A DNA stretch of 63,949 nucleotides, filler included, from Lenisia limosa (taxonomy: Eukaryota > Protista > Breviatea), in NCBI GenBank assembly GCA_001655205.1. It is 11 parts of 11 records of this genome, joined end to end, with 100 filler letters (N's around TTAATTAATTAA, not from the genome) between each part and the next. Parts side by side here need not be neighbours in the genome. Positions count along the whole stretch, not along the records: positions 1 to 19,091 come from LPNZ01010570.1; 10 more parts are not named here. One strand, given 5' to 3'. A program made the position numbers and the translations under genes. The notes under the pieces were generated by a model that saw only the letters and a list, made by a program, of their open reading frames with translations, did no database searches and was not told the DNA's origin. Shown here piece after piece: positions 1 to 12,600 of this stretch (positions are counted from its first letter, which is position 1; each line of letters starts with the position of its first letter).

Positions 1-38
1 GTTTACAGACGTACTTTGTTGTTGTCTCACCTCTATAG

Positions 39-2436
39 GTTGTCTATAGTTGGGCTGCATGTCGTGTGCTTTATCAAATTTCCTCCACGCCGGGAATGGA
101 CAGTTTAGGACCGCATCTCCTCTGTTGGTGTTCTATACAAAGATGTGGGGGGTTTATTTTTATTTTTATGTATCTGATGAGGATATCGTCTGACGAGAGG
201 CTTTATCACCGTCTTTTAGAATCAATTTTATCAATATCATATACTATACTACATCATGAACGATACATGCTAAAATTGAATATTTCATCACCTCTTCTCA
301 TTTCTGAAGGTACACAGCCAATATACCTTGCCTTTCTCGCAGCCAGCCCTGACCCTGTTACCGTCCTCACCCAAAATATCACTGTGGGGGGAATGAACCT
401 TTTTGTTTTCAAACAGAATCACATTTATTTATTTTTCACCAACTGCATATGTTTTGTCTGACTTCTCAGTACCTCTGCGAAAACCTCCCAAGTAAAGTGT
501 TTAACATCCTGATGCCCTATATCTGTGGTCTGCCGTATTCTGTTGAGGTCTTAGCCATCCCTCCTCCCTCTGCTTATTCACGATCATCTTCTGGTATGTG
601 ATGGAGGGGGGAAGGTAAAATATATGTTATCATCACTATATTTTTTTAAATAAACTTCACCATGTTTAGAAGGTTTCGGCCGAGCACCCACACCTCCGCC
701 AGACCAAGAGGCACTTTCATGTCCGATTTTGGTAACTGCCTTGCAAACTCTCGTCGCAAATGCTGATCCAGTACTGGTAAGTATCTGAGCTTCCCTCACA
801 TTTACTAATTATTAGATTTTTTAAGTCACTGTAATATTTAGCCCAATAATTTAGCAGTAACTTGAGAGTTTCTGATGCTGACCCTCCAGCTGAGCCTGTT
901 GATTTCTGGCGCTTCAGTTGGTGCATGGAGAATCTTGGGCCAAACGTCTTCTGAGATCGCCGCATCATTATGTGAGGGGTGTATGCGTAAAATTAGAGGA
1001 TTTAACAAATAAGAGGATAGCTTACACTCACAAAAAAATACCGCCTAACCTCTTCACCTTGCTTTACCTCCTCCTAACCTCCCAAGGTGAGAGTCTAGAT
1101 TGGGATGTGTTTGAGCAAATCACGGTATGGTCCCTTGTGTCAGGTCATGGTGCTGATCTTGTACCTGATGCTACCGCTGAATCTATTGTTTTGGTAGGTC
1201 GCAAGAACAGAATTAATGGCTATTTGGTGCTTTGTTTTGTTTTTGACATTCCCAAGGTGCTTGAGCGCTTCTTCGTATTCCTTCGGCCTAATGGTAAGCC
1301 CCCCCCCCCACACACTGTTTCTTGCTTATATATTCTTACATAACAGAACATCCTGAAGCGATGGCTGGTGTTGCTTCCCTTCTTCGAACCGTGTCTCCAA
1401 CCCCAGAGTATGTCGATTGGCTATTGGAATACTACCCACTTTTTTACAATGCTGATAACTCTTATTTCCAACACCATGGACAACAGATGAAATCTTATGC
1501 ATCGTATACACAAATATGCGTCCAATTTTACGACCTTCAGTCTTGTTGCTCTTCTTCTGGGACTTCCGACACCGTTTGTGTCTATGACGTCAGCAATACT
1601 AGTAACCTGGACCAAGATACAGGCTTTCAGGAGCTGCCTGATCCACTCATTGTCGTCTTTAGGTAGGGAGGGGAATTGTGATAACCATTCTCCTGCACCA
1701 CTTCTTTTTTTTACAAAAAAAAAACTCCACAAATGTCCTCTCAACCTGCAGAATTCCAGAATATTCTGTCTGCGAGCTTGCCAGCCGCTCTAAATGCGGT
1801 GACTCACCTTATGGCCTTCAGCTCTGTTGCGCGTCAGCATTGTGAGCTTGGTATTATATTTATCGCTATTTATGAGTCCTCCTATTTTTTTGGTGTTATT
1901 TTTTATATTTTGTATTTCCTTACCCCCCTACCCCCAGGTCAGGACCTTTTCTCCTGTTGTTCCTTGGAATGGCTCCAGTCAGCTGCAGGTGGCGCTGCTG
2001 GTGTTGCTGTCTTCTTCCCTCCCTCATCCTAGCTCCTTTCCCGTCCCCGTTTTTCTTATTCTATCCTATTATGGTTGTTTTCCATCACTGTTTCTACATG
2101 CATTATTGCTTTTTGAGAGTACGGTGTTGCTGTGAGTTAACCAAAACCCCGCTCATCACAAATCATCACAAGAATACAAGAGTTCATTTCACAGCGACAT
2201 GTTGATGGGGCGGGGGGGGGGGGGGNNNNNNNNNNNNNNNNNNNNNNNNNNNNNNNNNNNNNNNNNNNNNNNNNNNNNNNNNNNNNNNNNNNNNNNNNNN
2301 NNNNNNNNNNNNNNNNNNNNNNNNNNNNNNNNNNNNNNNNNNNNNNNNNNNNGGTTAGCTGTACAACATTATTCATTCCTATATAGACGTTCATCATTCG
2401 TTCTCACAGATCACCACTTTTATTGGACCAGTATAA
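39..2436 (+). CDS. Multi-exon hypothetical protein, 5' end outside the window
   Basis: Chain of short GT-AG exons with open, helical-looking translations (VVYSWAACRVLYQISSTPG, TQPIYLAFLAASPDPVTVL, ITEHPEAMAGVASLLRTV, MSSQPAEFQNILSASLPAAL); probable stop at 2434-2436. No family recognised. Confidence 0.55.
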
Positions 2437-2520
2437 TATCTAATATTTGCATCCATCAACTCGACCACCAACCCAACGGACAAGATTAAGAAATTAAAAT
2501 ACCACTCTTGTGACAATAAT

Positions 2521-5500
2521 ATGGAAGTGAAAGTAAGACCTGCAACCCCTCCCCGAGAGCAGCTTTTGCCGCATACCATTCCTGACGAACACAGCTTACA
2601 ATCGGAAAGCACTGACGAAATCTCACCACAAGAGCGCAGGATTCTCACCCCTCTTCAACCGCTGCCCCCGCCTAAGCCCTACTCCTCCACACCTCCTGCC
2701 AGCAAGGCCTCCAAGCTCCCATCTATTAACACTATCAGTATTGAGCAGAATCCTCCAGGTGTTATTGCAGATACAACGCCCGCCCCTTATGACTTGTATG
2801 TGGCTTCAACCTTTTTGTTTTGTTGTTGGCTGTGGGGCTTCTGATTTATGATGGTACTCTATTTACTATCTTTCTTTTTTTAGGTGATGCTACTCACAGC
2901 TTCTATCCTCTTCCTTCATTAGAACGTAATACTACTATTGAGCTTCATTTATGTGCATATCAAGGAAACTTGCTGTGGATGTCCAATCGGAATCATCAAG
3001 CGACTCTGACCACTATGAGGAAGATGAGGAAGATGAGGAGTTCAACGGTTGGGGTTGGGGATTATTTTATTTTTTTGGAGGATGTTTATGTTTTAATGTT
3101 TTTATCATTAAGAGAAGGCCATGCGAGCAAATCGACCTAAAACTGCAATTCCATCAAGACCGCTCCCACCTCCAGGTGTATGGAGGACAAGTGAATATCT
3201 CCACAAAATTCAGGAATATAAAGATAATATATCCACAAAATACAGGAATAAAAAGTAGTATCTCCACAAAATGCAGGAATATAAAGAAAATATCTCCACA
3301 AAATGCAGGAATATAAATAATATCTCCACAAAATGCAGGAAAATAAAGATAATATCTCTCACATTTTGTTACCTTTTTTGAATTCAGCGTTGAAACCCCT
3401 CTTATTACTATTGGTTAGATTTTAATAGTTTCCATGAAGATTCACTGTTTTTGAAAGTATATTGATAAATGCATTGATCCCCATTCCTCGTACATTTAAA
3501 TCTTACCATTTCAGAGTTTCCCCGTGAGAATGGTCGTTTGATTGTTTGGGTTGGAACATGGAACATGCACGGCAAGTTAGCTCCCGAGTATCTCCCGGGC
3601 TACCTTCCAGCTCCTCATCCGCCAGACATTTATGTTGTGGGGACAGAGGAATCTGGGGCGTCAATCCAAAAGTCTGTGTTACGACCCAGCAAGAAGAAAT
3701 GGGAAGCTCAATTGCAATCTGTAAGGGGGGGTGAAACTTCATGCCTCGTCACTACCAAAGTGTCAAAGGCCGTATTAGAATACTAATAAACAAAACGATC
3801 ACTAAATCTCCAACTATTCCACTTTTTACATTTATCAATAAACCTTCTCTTTAGAATAGTTCTGACCAATACAACCCCTACCTTCTTGTAACTATACAGC
3901 TTGTTGGTGAGAATTACATTATGGCCTGTTCCCACGCATTGGGAGCTACCCATCTCGCTGTGCTTGTGTCAATGAATGTGGCACCCTATTTTCAAAGTTG
4001 GGAGATGGGTGATAATCTTCTATTCTTTCAACACTTCTTGTTGAATAGTTTTTGACTCTGGCAGGCCTTGAAACCGCGCATGTTTTTACCGGTATTGGCA
4101 ACGTTGTCGGCAACAAAGGTGGCGTAGGTGCCTGTTTCTCAATTCTTGGCAGAAGCTTCCTTTTCGTAACGGCTCATTTTACGGGTGTGAAATGGATGGC
4201 GATGGGTAATAAGATCCATTACTTTTTATCTTATCCCCTGCTGGTTTGCTAACATAAACTGTCAAAGCATCGGGAGAGCCTATGACTTTCCAGCACACCA
4301 ATCGCGAGTGAAAGAGCGCAACTCAGATTATGAACGTATCGCTCGGGAGTTGAACTTGCCCAGAAAAGCCAAATCTCCTGAAGATTCTCGAGGTGTGAGG
4401 ATATTAAAAAAAATCTTTGTTCTTTCGATGTCATATGTTTTTCTGATTCTGACTGAGTACTTGAAGTATCAATTTCTCAAGAGTTTATAACCTCAGACAA
4501 CCCGATGTCTCCGCCAGTTCTTCCCGAAGTAGAGGTGGAGCAGCAGACGTCTGATTCTGATGGTGAGGATATAAAAACAGTAAAACCTCTTTATACGTGT
4601 GCAGATGACAATATACATTGACTGATTTAGAAGAGGAAATGATTGAAGCGACATCAGCAAGATCAGGAGGTGCGTTAAAATCAAGGATACATTCACATTT
4701 CATGGTGGTAGTGTTTTGCAGACATCATCTGAAAACATGGCTATAGTGATCAGTTATGCTACTTCGATTTTTGCATTGTGTATTACACATATATTACCAC
4801 AGCTATTGAATGCACATCTGTCAATGGAAAATATATAATCGACCTGTGTAGCCAAAAAGAAGCGGCAGAAAGCAGTCAAACGCTTTGATTATGTCATTTG
4901 GTCTGGTGACTTGAACTACCGGTAGGTGGGGGATTATAAACAGCTGAGCACTTCAATAGCACTTCAATACAATCTGGATGAACCTCTGTGTTATCTTTGT
5001 TCATTGCTTCAACTCAAAATCGACCATGTGTATGATAATATCAAAAGTTAATATGAGACAACACTCAGACATTTCATTATATTATCATTTACTTATTGGA
5101 GAAGTGGGGTGCTATTATATCCACTTTCACATCATGTTCAGGATCAATGGTACAAGGGCGCTGGTGGACAGTTTAATCGACCAAAGCCTCTGGGAAGTTG
5201 GAGGGTTAGCACTTCGTTCAGTTTTTAGATAGACTGTATTTTTGTGTTTTTGGAAGCATGTTGAAGTCTTGATTGACTTTTATCATTAACATTCTTCAAG
5301 GTTTTGCTTCAAAACGATCAGCTCAACAAAGAGAGACGCGCTCAACGGGTTTTCAAAGGGTTCTGTGAAGGACCTTTATCCTTCCCGGTAGTCTTGGTGA
5401 ATCCGATACAAGGCTGTAATAATATTTTACCATTTAATTATTCAGCCAACCTACAAATTTGACAGTAATACGGATGAATATGACACTTCCAAGAAAGCTA

Positions 5501-6457
5501 GGATTCCAGCTTGGACCGATCGAATTCTATTCAGGTATTAGGTGCTTATGTGAGGAGATTTCTGTTGTGTGTATTTCAATTCTAGAACGTCTTCTCCCTC
5601 AAGCATTTTGNNNNNNNNNNNNNNNNNNNNNNNNNNNNNNNNNNNNNNNNNNNNNNNNNNNNNNNNNNNNNNNNNNNNNNNNNNNNNNNNNNNNNNNNNN
5701 NNNNNTATGACAATCTTATTTTTGTCACATTCTTCAGATCGAACCTCAAGCCGTCACTTGTTGAAAGCGCATACCCTGGTCACCCTGAGGTTTGCACAAT
5801 ATTTTGATATTGAAATAAATACAACACTCTATAATCTTGCTGAGACCACTCCCTAAAGCAGGGTGGTAATTCAGAAAGTGGCTTGGATTAAGTCCAAAAA
5901 CTGTGTCTAACAGAGTTATAGCTCAATGTAATAATATATAGTATGTATGTATACTATACGTAAGTTGTGTAAAAACGTCGAGGAATGTATGGAATACAGA
6001 AAAGTGTTCCGATAAAGCTTCAGTTACCCATTCAGGGTTACGGTCTTGGCGACCCATGGGGCCCAGCCTCTGAACCACGGGTGATATTCAGTAAGGTTGG
6101 AGACCGCAGTATTTGGCCACAGCCCACCCCAAGTACACCAGGCATTTCGCTGGCCCGATACGAAGCTTGTCAGGTCTGGAAATGGCGTTATTGACAACAA
6201 AATAACACATCACAATGGTTGTTGGTTTTTACTGCTCCAGGAAATACGAAGTAGTGATCATCGCCCTGTTTTTGCTCTTTTTGAGTGCTGGGTTGGTACT
6301 CCGCCAGATCACCTTAGTTTTAGTGAGGGGGTGTATTTTTGAAGCTACTATTTACCAACACAGATTTATATTACCAAAGCGACATCTTTTAACTCTATTA
6401 GATGTTATTCCATCATTGACTGTGCGAAAGTCCACGGGACTTTGTAGTATATTATGA
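2521..6457 (+). CDS. INPP5E: Inositol polyphosphate 5-phosphatase, INPP5E-like (multi-exon)
   Basis: Pro-rich N-terminus; 5-phosphatase motifs [73 protein letters not shown]; C-terminal CaaX 'CSIL*' at ~6443-6457. Confidence 0.9.
3195..3360. repeat. Intronic minisatellite, ~5 copies of a ~31-32 bp unit
   Basis: Unit ATATCTCCACAAAATGCAGGAATATAAA(G)ATA repeated in tandem inside an INPP5E intron. Confidence 0.9.
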
Positions 6458-6689
6458 GATCACTCCGTTTTGCCTCGTGGTGGTGGGGGGGGGGGGATCT
6501 AAATCGAATTTGAACAGCTGAGATTTCATTNNNNNNNNNNNNNNNNNNNNNNNNNNNNNNNNNNNNTGTCACTGAGGGCCTTATGTCTATTTAATCAGAA
6601 TGTTGCTTTTTGATTGTCAAGGAAGGATCAGGGGGGCGGAAGTGATGATGATTAAATTAATCACGACCACCCTAATCCAATTCAACAGA

Positions 6690-7493
6690 AATAAGTATTA
6701 ATCTCGAACATTAACGGGAGCTGGGATGAGGGTTCCTGTGGAGTAAAGGCAATTTTGACAAATGTTCCCAAATGAGCCCCCCCCCCTCTCATTCACTTTG
6801 TGGGATGTGAACAAGATTGACTGCTGACTCAAGTCGACATAAAACAAAACAAAAACAGAAGGGATCCTTCATGATGTTACTTGATTCATATTAGGAATTT
6901 GTATAATGGGATTTTTTTTATGTGAGTGAGAGTTTAAGATTAGGATTAATCGGCATTAATCGGGAGATAAATAGGACAAGGACGAAAACAGGCATGTGAT
7001 AAGAGTTAGGTACTGGGGACTGACTGATGCACTGATGTTGACTGAGGGTGGGTTGACAGAAGAGGTGAAGAGGGCCAATGGTGCNNNNNNNNNNNNNNNN
7101 NNNNNNNNNNNNNNNNNNNNNNNNNNNNNNNNNNNNNNNNNNNNNTGACCTCGTGAGGCCCTCCCAACAAAAAAAACCATCTGAACCCGCCTGCGTCTTA
7201 ATTTCCGTCTTAAGATGGTCGCTGGCCGGCCCGAGGAGCCTCTGGGGGAGGATGGACAAAAAAACACTCTGGACCCCCCACAATCTCCCCTTGTTGACAC
7301 ACGTCAAGCGTCGCTCGAGGCCCCTGGAGGGTACAGGGTGGACAAAAAAAAAACGGTAATATTGGTTTAAAATAAGTTTTAAATAGTGGTGTAGTAGTAG
7401 TGAGAGGTGAGGAGTTTTGTAAGTAGTGTAGTGTTAGAGTGTGAGGTTAGTACGAGGGTAGTGAACGTGGTGAGATCTTGAGGTAGGCGTCAT
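6690..7493 (-). CDS. Possible small multi-exon hypothetical gene, divergent from NAGK
   Basis: GC-rich exon-like blocks at ~7175-7235 and ~7285-7325 with minus-strand splice signals (ccctccag| ... |gtgggg). Frame and ends unresolved. Confidence 0.3.
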
Positions 7494-7566
7494 CAAAGTT
7501 GTGAGGGAAGTATCGTCAGGTATATTACTGATGATGAACTTGAAGGAAAACGAAAGAGAAGCAGTA

Positions 7567-9566
7567 ATGCAACTATTTGTAGGAGTTGAAGGGTTGGGGG
7601 GGGGGGGCATTCGNNNNNNNNNNNNNNNNNNNNNNNNNNNNNNNNNNNNNNNNNNNNNNNNNNNNNNNNNNNNNNNNNNNNNNNNNNNNNNNNNNNNNNN
7701 NNNNNNNNNNNNNNNNNNNNNNNNNNNNNNNNNNNNNNNGTCAAATCAATTTGTCTGCGGAAATCATCTTCTTGAAATTTCGATACTGATAGATGTTACG
7801 CTAACTGATTTCTTACATTCCCCTTAGACAATCGGATTCGAGAAAACGGCGAAAGAGATCTGTGATACTCTTAGCAAGGCCCTTGAAACTGTCAAAGGAT
7901 CCTTCAGAATCAAAGCAATGGTATAGATGGTAAATTCAGTTATATTTCACAAAACAATTAATTTGTATTAGTGCGCCATCATCGTAATATCTGTGCTGAC
8001 TAAATAGGGATTGTGTATGAGTGGACTCATGGACAAGAAGAACCAAGAAGTTTTATCATCCTGCTTGAAGTGTACCACGAATTTGAAAGACTCGGTGGGT
8101 TATATAGTATCTAGAATCAGTAAAGGGAGCGACCTTGAGGCGACCTTTTTATGGCCGATATCTCTACATATAATAAATATATTATACCATATCATATACT
8201 AATATATATATAAATATATATCTAGATATATATATACTTATCCAGCTGTTCACGCTTTTCACGGAATATAGGCCATACACTGTTGGGACGACACTTATGG
8301 CAGTATTTCTACAGCCTCTTCGTCTGGCTACGGGTCTATCATAATCGCCGGGACAGGGTAGGAGGAAGCTGAGAGGTGCTGTCATTATTTCCTTTATTGA
8401 TGAATCAGATCAGCTGGACGCGCTGTTTGGAATGGCGGATCCCTGCTTGTTGGTGGACGTGGGCATATTATTGGAGACTTCGGTTCAGGTATTTGGATTT
8501 CATTGTTTTTATTCTTTGTAATAGCCTTCACTATCTAGGATATGACCTTGCCCTTCATGCGATTCAGAACATTTACTTGGCAGTTGATGGTCTACATCCA
8601 ACTGTGGGTTTTTATTGGGTTCTTTAAAGAATACTGTGCATGCAAGTTGATATGATAAACATCTGACGTTTTGTGTCAGTTGCAATTTATACTCTCTTTG
8701 GGAAGTTTTTTTTGCCTTTGCTCCATATTCTTGTTATTGTTCTGCATGGCTTCTGTTTACCATGCAGTTGACACCTGAAGATGTCTCAGTGGCCATGTCT
8801 TTACTTATGAACCATTTTAAAGTTAGTTCGAAGATATTTTGTTAAAAAAACAGTAAACAATTGAAAAGTTAACTCTTATGTTCAGCTAGAAACTCTCAAT
8901 GACATGTATCCGATTGTCTATCGTAATTTCGACAAATCCCACGTTGCCACTTTTTGTAAAAAGTTGGCAGAAAGTAAGTTGGGAAGCAGCGTGAAAGCAA
9001 TGTGATTTATCTCAACGTTATCTTTCAGATTATTCGTCACCATTTATCATGAGCGTTTTTGAACGTACCGGTGTTGAGCTGGCTCGCCTTGTCGCAGCTA
9101 CAACAAAGCAAATGGTTTGCACGTTAATCCATTTGTCTCAATTTGAACCCGTGCATTATTTTCTTAAGAAAAATGAGGAGGGTAACGAAGAAGTTGTTTG
9201 TGTTGGAAGTGTCTGGAAAAGCTTCAGCCTTTTCTCATCTTCGTTCTTAAATGAATTGGAGACCCTGACTAGCGTAAGCGACGTGATTTAGATGCATATA
9301 ATTATGGATCTGCTGTGCACTAATTCTTCAGGCTAATTTGAAAATTCGTTTCCTTGACACGGACTCTACATTCGGAGCTGCAAGGTTTGAAATACTTTAT
9401 TCTCCCAACCTTATATCAGCTGGTGTTGTAGTTTTATGCGAAGTTGGTTTTTTTATTACAATAGATTAATCCTGAGAAATAGTGACATGATAATTATAGA
9501 TTGGCAAGTTCTTGTATTGGCGAACGTTTACCTTTCAAGCCTCCTACTCTGACAACTTTAAGATAG
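7567..9566 (+). CDS. NAGK: N-acetyl-D-glucosamine kinase (BadF/BadG/BcrA/BcrD ATPase family), multi-exon
   Basis: Spliced translation MQLFVGVEG, SNQF|TIGFEK, GLCMSG, DDTYGSISTA..IIIAGTG|S, GGRGHIIGDFGSG, VYRNFDKSHVATFCKKLAE, VVCVGSVWKSF follows eukaryotic NAGK motif order. Confidence 0.88.
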
Positions 9567-9669
9567 ATTTTATCTGACATAATGATATTTATGTATGGTA
9601 AGCTGTATCTGTGATTTAAAAAGAGTGCCTAAACAACAAAAATGTCTAACTAATGGAAACGAACAGATT

Positions 9670-12600
9670 TTACTTGTTAATAGCGTCAAGACATCTTCTT
9701 GCAACACTCAGCGATGGGTGGAGCTCCAAAGATTCAATGTCTTCTTGAGACACCAGTCCTGCAGCCGTGCAATCTACAAGACACGATGTCACAGTGCTGA
9801 TGATGTTGTGTAGTGGACAAAGACACGGTCGCGGCTGTATACGGCACTTGATCAATGCGGAAATCAATCCTGCAAAACAGAGGCAGACAGAGCGACAACG
9901 AGCAAGGGGCAGAATCATCAAGGCGGGTTCTAAGGCCGATTCTTCGGGCTTGAGCGGAGGGGGACGACTTGGGATTGGGATGAGGCAGGGCGGGGGGCGT
10001 GGCGAGAGGGAAGCTTGGAGGAGGCGAAGGATGAGAGGGGGAAGATGTGCAGCAACTGTCGTTTGTAGTCGTGTGGCTATGACATGAAAGGCATTATGGC
10101 ACTCTTTAAGCAGAACAAAGTAGAGGGCTGGAGTGATCTCTGAGGCTAAGTGTTGGCTTTCTAGGAAGGTGACAAAGTTGTATAATTAAATTCAACAAAC
10201 ACTGATGTTCAAGCTGCTATATGTTACTCACGTAAAAGTGGTTCAGTTTCACCAATTGCGACAGGAATTGGCACGGAAATTGACATTTCTCGGGGCTGCG
10301 GTACGGCAATTCTCACACCAAGGACTTCAAGGTGCGGCTTGAGTAACCAGTGTGGACTTTTAATCTGTGGAAAGGTAAAGAACATACACCTATTACATAT
10401 AACACTATAAAATATTCATCATGAAAATTAACACGCAGTATACTATTCCATAAGCTCCGCAAACTTTCTGTTTGAAAGAAGAAATGGCAGTATCAACATT
10501 TTTCGCCACCGAAGCCTTCAGTGATCCATGAGAAAGTGCCTCAGATTGTTCTGGAGTGATAAGGGGCAAATAGCTTCGTATATGATGAGGTTCTTTGACT
10601 TGAGTTTCCCAAAATACTTTGACAAAGAGTAATTGCCTCAACCACTTCATCCGCGGGTGAACCTAGAATGTGAAATTCTTTTGACTCAGAGGAACATAGA
10701 ATCATTTTGTGATCAGCTTACTTGCGGAGCAGAGAAGGCGAATTGCTGTTTCTGCTTGCCTTCGAACTAAGGTATCTGAATAGGTGAAAACGTAAAACAT
10801 TAGCACGAGAAATTGGAGCAACAACAAACCGGACCAACGCCTACCCAAAAGATGTAGTCGACCACGGGTAACTTCTTCGGTAACAGTGGGGGCAGCCTGC
10901 AGTAAAGTGGCTTCCATTTGAATGAAATAGTCCTTATCAGCCTGGTTGGTGGTGGATGGTGTTGGGGAGCCGGGTGTGATTGCTGACGTTACCAGTTTTG
11001 TGGTAACCGGGGCTAAAATTAGTAATTTACTTTAACAAATATCATAGCAATAAATCTGGATTCACAATTAAATATTTTATTCATCCTTATAGACCAACAT
11101 TTACATCCCTTTGGGCTGTCAAGAACGATCAAAGCAGGACTTGGAGGAGGGGAAGGTACACCCGCAGGATCACAGGAGGGTCTAAAGCAGGCCAATTGCT
11201 GTATCACATGTTGTCCAACTAAAGGTACTATATCTAAGCGAGTCAAGATTTGAGTACAGCTGCTGTGTGTAGAAGGTAAAAAGACACAATGAAGACTCAA
11301 TACCATTCCATTATTCAACATCATTTGAACAACATATAACTTGATGTCTCAAAAAAAATATACGGGGAAAACGAAAGTATTTGAAGGAGTATAGCAAAAA
11401 GTACAAAGTCCTAGAGGCCAAACAAAATGGGCTGCTAGAAGCAAACCGGATGCAGGCGGAGTTGCCTCAGCAACAGTGTTTTCAGTTACTTTGGCGGCTA
11501 TCGAACTTACAAACTGGCGGTAATTAATTATTGGGGGAGGTCAAACATTTCTTGGAAACCAACTTCGAAAAGAAATTTCCACCTCCTACTGAATGAAGGT
11601 AAATGTTCTTTTCCTGGAGCCATGACTTTTCAGGCGCTTTGGTTTCATTGACCTATCGGAATATTAATATTTCGCCAATTGTGTGAATGTAAACTCATGT
11701 GATTCCTGTCACAGCATAGTTAAGATAACTAACCTTTGCAACAAGGGCTTTTCTAGCCGTTTGGCTTGGTGTTAGGGCTGTGACACTCGCTAAACAATGA
11801 AAAAGGAGTGTTTCAGATATACCCTTCACCCCCTCCAACCACTTGATACAAGGGTGGAGACAAGAACATCCGCACCCAAAGAAGGTGGTGCAGGGTGACT
11901 CAATGTAACGGTATTATCTGGTGAAGGTGATGATCTTGGGGTTACCAGAGTCGGAAGTGATTCGGGGCTCCTTAAGTGGGGTATTAAGTTAGTTGCCCAA
12001 GATGCTTCAATAACTGCAATGAATTTGCCAGGAAGCGCATCATTTAGCGACAGTTGACGAGGAAGGCATGTGAGGAAGGCTGATGCACTGGCAAGCTCTT
12101 TTTGAAGTGTGTTACATGGCAGTGTTATATCGGCTGCCTGCATAGGCCACCCTGTGGAAAGTAGGTAAAATAATACATTCAAAGAAGCATATTTAAAAAA
12201 CCACCAGCAAATATGATATTTCCATCGTACCTGAAGCCACCATATCCACAAGAACCGCACCCACAGCAGGAACAGCAATACAAAGAGACTGAAAAAGGTT
12301 AAATAACTCTACTATATGCATAGTATCATATATGCATATATTATCACATTCAACGATGGCTAAGTTTACTTGAAAAAAAAGCCCTTATATGAGGCTTCTC
12401 AACATATGATTGTATTTGATCATTAACTATTCGAATTCCCAGCCTTACTCCATGTTCTGCTGCCTTTTCTAACAGAGTAGACACATTGAAAGGGGGGATG
12501 AAGGCGCATACTAAGGAGTAACTTTAGATGTCTAAATACTTCAAAGATTACACTTCAAAATAGATATAATACATGTCTGAATGATGAACTTTAAGAAGGA

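Noticed and set aside
3195-3360. CRISPR-like array
   Set aside because: Units are contiguous with no unique spacers, there are no cas genes, and the context is a eukaryotic intron.
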